Shown piece by piece: positions 63,445 through 64,000 of a stretch of 64,000 nt of DNA. The notes under the pieces were generated by a model, which did no database searches, was not told where the DNA came from, and saw nothing but the letters and a program-made list of their open reading frames with translations. Position 1 is the first letter of the stretch, and each line of letters starts with the position of its first letter. This stretch comes from Paragordius varius (Eukaryota > Animalia > Nematomorpha): assembly GCA_964247055.1 (NCBI GenBank), contig OZ176059.1:2914001-2978000 (forward strand), written 5' to 3'. A program made the position numbers and the translations under genes.

Positions 63445-63468
63445 GTAAGTTTGTATGTGTTTTATATA

Positions 63469-63825
63469 TATACCATTTACAATTCAAATTCACCTTTAAA
63501 CAATTCAAATTCACCCTTGAACAATTCAAATTTACCCTCGGACAATTCAAATTCACCCTAAAAATAAATTATGAAATTTCGGTCCAATATAACTCATCAT
63601 TATAATTAAATATATTTTTATGGCAAAGTTTACTATTTTTTCAGTATTATTTTGATTACTTACAAAGTTTTTTTTTAAAAAAATATAAAAAAATATAGGT
63701 AGTTCTTAATCTTAAAAAACATATAATTTATTTGAGGGTGAATTTGAATTGTTCGAAGGTGAATTTGAATTGTTCAAGGGTGAACTAGAATTGTTTAAGG
63801 GTGAATTTGAACTGTAAATGGTATA
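63469..63825. mobile_element. MITE family A copy (reverse orientation) in an EEF2K intron
   Basis: TATACCATTTACA and TGTAAATGGTATA termini with about four 21-bp repeats on each side. The spacer is the reverse complement of that at 43915-44217. Confidence 0.85.
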
Positions 63826-64000
63826 GTACACCACTTTCCTCTATATTTACCCCATTTTTGGGAGCATTGCATTGCTCAATATACGCATCATGACCCTTTT
63901 TTAAGTATAATAAAAATGACATTTTTTAATTATACTCAGCTTTTACAACAATATATAACGTTTAATAATCTCAAATATATTTATAAAAGTCATCAAATTT

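Noticed and set aside
63215-63561. ORFs with NSNSP/VNLNC repeats (also 43834-44049, 48745-48948, 61029-61223)
   Set aside because: They are translations of the 21-bp MITE subrepeats. Only 63277-63444 is an EEF2K exon.
63475-63815. CRISPR-like array suggested by regular 21-bp repeats
   Set aside because: The repeats are directly tandem with no unique spacers, sit in inverted blocks, have no cas genes nearby, and the context is eukaryotic.
1-64000. Assignment to a specific taxon (for example dicyemid, orthonectid, nematomorph, myxozoan)
   Set aside because: Minute introns and AT richness are suggestive but not diagnostic. A database search or phylogeny with CDC73/EEF2K is needed.

Overview
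AT-rich (roughly 25% GC by eye) eukaryotic genomic DNA with GT-AG spliceosomal introns. The gene content points to an invertebrate animal; the taxon cannot be identified from the sequence. Most ORF-track entries are exon fragments or repeat shadows. Manual splicing gives four well-supported genes. (1) CDC73/parafibromin, + strand, 10160-15989, 17 exons, three introns of only 25-27 nt. (2) A ~36.7-kb, very divergent complement C3-like (alpha-2-macroglobulin/TEP family) gene, - strand, 53347-16634. It has a signal peptide, MG domains, TED, MG8 and a C-terminal C345C/NTR domain, but no thioester GCGEQ motif and no Cys-Cys anaphylatoxin core that I could find. (3) An intronless small heat-shock protein gene with three alpha-crystallin domains, + strand, 36847-39180, nested antisense inside a C3 intron. 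(4) eEF2 kinase, + strand, from 58499, running off the window. A fifth, unidentified gene ends in an Arg-rich/Thr-rich exon at 2014-1468 (-). Introns and intergenic DNA are packed with transposon debris: a 2.4-kb foldback element next to the CDC73 start, a Harbinger element with ~700-bp inverted arms, RTE LINE and Gypsy remnants, hAT and TA-flanked MITEs, two MITE families with 21-bp subterminal repeats, and a dimeric ~155-bp satellite. No rRNA, tRNA or CRISPR features were seen. All protein comparisons are from memory of the families, not database searches, and C3 exons in the 30.5-40.7 kb stretch are only partly resolved.
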